Shown: positions 22,712-24,000 of the stretch, one piece after another
Layout: each line of letters begins with the position of its first letter
How positions within the stretch are numbered: position 1 is the stretch's first letter
DNA from: an uncultured Holophagales bacterium
GTDB taxonomy: Bacteria; Acidobacteriota; Thermoanaerobaculia; UBA5066
Direction of reading: 5' to 3'
Assembly (NCBI GenBank): GCA_964453825.1
Contig: CAYVPO010000008.1
Location: 5,039 to 29,038, forward strand
Length of the DNA stretch: 24,000 nucleotides
Translations under genes and position numbers: made by a program
Notes under the pieces: model-generated
The model's input: the letters and a program-made list of their open reading frames with translations, nothing else
Database searches by the model: none
What the model was told of the DNA's origin: nothing

Positions 22712-23964
22712 GCGCGACGAAGATCCGGAAGGCCGCCCTCGCCTACTCGGGAGGCCTCGACACCTCGATCATCATCCCCTGGCTGAAGGAGAGCTATGGC
22801 TGCGAGGTCGTGGCGGTCGCGGTCGACGTCGGCCAGGCCGAGGAGACCGCGGGCCTGAAGGAGAAGGCTCTCGCCACGGGCGCGTGCGACTTCCACCTCG
22901 TCGACGCGAAGGAGGAGTTCGCGAACGAGTACCTCTGGCGGGTCCTGCGCGCCGGGGCCGTTTACGAGCACGAGTACCTCCTCGGCACCTCGACGGCGCG
23001 GCCGATCATCGCGAAGAAGCAGGTCGAGATCGCCCTTCAGACGGGCTGCGACGCGCTGTCGCACGGCTGCACGGGGAAGGGGAACGACCAGGTCCGCTTC
23101 GAGCTCGCCTACCAGGCCCTCGCTCCCGAGCTGACGATCATCGCGCCGTGGCGCGAGTGGTCGATCAACTCGCGGGAGGACGCGATCGAATACGCCGCGG
23201 CGCGGAACATCCCCGTCCCGGTGACGAAGAAGGAGCCCTACTCGCGCGACCGGAACCTCTGGCACATCTCGCACGAGGGCGGCCCGCTCGAGGACCCGGC
23301 GTTCGAGCCGGAGGAGTCGATGTTCAAGCTGACGACCGACCCGCGGAAGGCTCCCGACGAGCCGGAGCGGGTGACGATCGGCTTCGAGGGGGGCTACCCG
23401 GTCGAGGTGGACGGGCAGCTCCTCCCGGCCGCGGAGCTCCTGGCGAAGCTGAACGCGATCGCCGCGCGGCACGGCGTCGGCAGGATCGACATGGTCGAGA
23501 ACCGCCTCGTCGGCATCAAGTCGCGGGGCGTGTACGAGACCCCCGGCGGCACGCTCCTCGTCCAGGCTCTCCGCGCCCTCGAGACGCTCACGCTCGACCG
23601 CGACGCGATGCACGAGAAGGAGCGGCTCGCGCTCCGCTACGCCGAGCTCGTCTACTACGGGCAGTGGTTCAGCCCGCTCCGCGAGGCGCTCGAGGCGTTC
23701 ATGGAGAAGGTGACCGAGACCGTCACGGGGCACGTCACGCTGAAGCTCTTCAAGGGCTCGGCGATCGTCGTGGGTCGCCGCTCCGAGCACTCGCTCTACT
23801 CGGCGAACCTCGCGTCGTTCAACATGACGGGCTACACCTCGCACGACGCAACCGGCTTCATCCGGCTCTTCGGCCTCCCGACGCGGGGCCGAAAGAGGCT
23901 CGTCCCTCCGACGGACGAGGCGGTGAAGGCGGGCGAGGAGCTCCGTCTCGAGCCGTGGGGATGA
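22708..23964 (+). CDS. argG: Argininosuccinate synthase
   Basis: AYSGGLDTS (ATP pyrophosphatase P-loop), [23 protein letters not shown] and [21 protein letters not shown] 22708 overlaps the argD stop (ATGA). Confidence 0.93.
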   Translation: MSATKIRKAALAYSGGLDTSIIIPWLKESYGCEVVAVAVDVGQAEETAGLKEKALATGACDFHLVDAKEEFANEYLWRVLRAGAVYEHEYLLGTSTARPIIAKKQVEIALQTGCDALSHGCTGKGNDQVRFELAYQALAPELTIIAPWREWSINSREDAIEYAAARNIPVPVTKKEPYSRDRNLWHISHEGGPLEDPAFEPEESMFKLTTDPRKAPDEPERVTIGFEGGYPVEVDGQLLPAAELLAKLNAIAARHGVGRIDMVENRLVGIKSRGVYETPGGTLLVQALRALETLTLDRDAMHEKERLALRYAELVYYGQWFSPLREALEAFMEKVTETVTGHVTLKLFKGSAIVVGRRSEHSLYSANLASFNMTGYTSHDATGFIRLFGLPTRGRKRLVPPTDEAVKAGEELRLEPWG

Positions 23965-24000
23965 GCTCCCGTCACGACCTGTGGGGGGGGCGCTTCTCCG
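23961..24000 (+). CDS. argH: Argininosuccinate lyase, 5' end only (runs off the window)
   Basis: ATG 23961 overlaps the argG stop (ATGA). The translation [13 protein letters not shown] contains the LWGGRF N-terminal signature of ArgH. Only 13 codons are visible. Confidence 0.7.
   Translation, partial: MSSRHDLWGGRFS

Noticed and set aside
16866-23844. Long shadow ORFs over the cytochrome c/b and arg genes (16866..19268 +, 16615..17640 -, 17662..18741 -, 18956..20614 -, 20077..20751 + upstream of argB, 20530..21477 -, 20993..22348 -, 21586..22707 + upstream of argG, 22126..23844 -)
   Set aside because: They are off-frame or antisense to genes with strong family signatures and have low-complexity Arg/Asp/Gly/Pro translations.
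1-24000. Search for CRISPR arrays, tRNA/rRNA genes, IS elements or integrases
   Set aside because: No spaced identical repeats, no T-loop or anticodon-arm pattern convincing enough for a tRNA, and no transposase or integrase motifs were seen by eye. Absence should be confirmed with tRNAscan-SE, Infernal and ISfinder-type searches.

Overview
High-GC chromosomal segment from a diderm bacterium, as shown by an outer-membrane barrel ending in F, a TonB C-terminal domain and a lipobox lipoprotein. The taxon cannot be determined from sequence alone. No rRNA, tRNA, CRISPR array or transposase was recognised. Many long Arg/Pro/Gly-rich ORFs in the six-frame track are off-frame shadows typical of high-GC DNA and were not called.

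Gene order, left to right:
1. 3' part of a secreted thermolysin-like (M4) metalloprotease with a duplicated Ig-like domain, a PPC domain and a C-terminal jelly-roll-like domain.
2. A convergent AstE/AspA-family zinc hydrolase.
3. A tight four-gene operon: ApbE flavin transferase, outer-membrane beta-barrel, exported FMN_bind protein carrying a TGAT flavinylation motif, and a His-rich 4-TM protein.
4. A lipoprotein, then a divergent FHA protein plus a Hanks Ser/Thr kinase whose extracytoplasmic end is a TonB C-terminal domain.
5. A patatin-like phospholipase with an extra N-terminal domain.
6. Two convergent membrane-anchored multiheme cytochromes: a 3-TM protein with 5 CxxCH plus 1 CxxxCH, and a 13-CxxCH protein fused to a cytochrome-b membrane domain.
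7. Between the two cytochromes, a lower-GC restriction-modification island (dcm, overlapping vsr, and a PD-(D/E)xK endonuclease broken by one in-frame TAG).
8. An argR-argC-argB-argD-argG-argH(5' end) cluster preceded by a sigma70-like promoter and tandem ARG boxes.

The most interesting candidates for uncharacterised biology are the ApbE/barrel/FMN_bind/4-TM operon, the kinase-TonB fusion with its FHA partner, the cytochrome pair, and the decaying R-M island.
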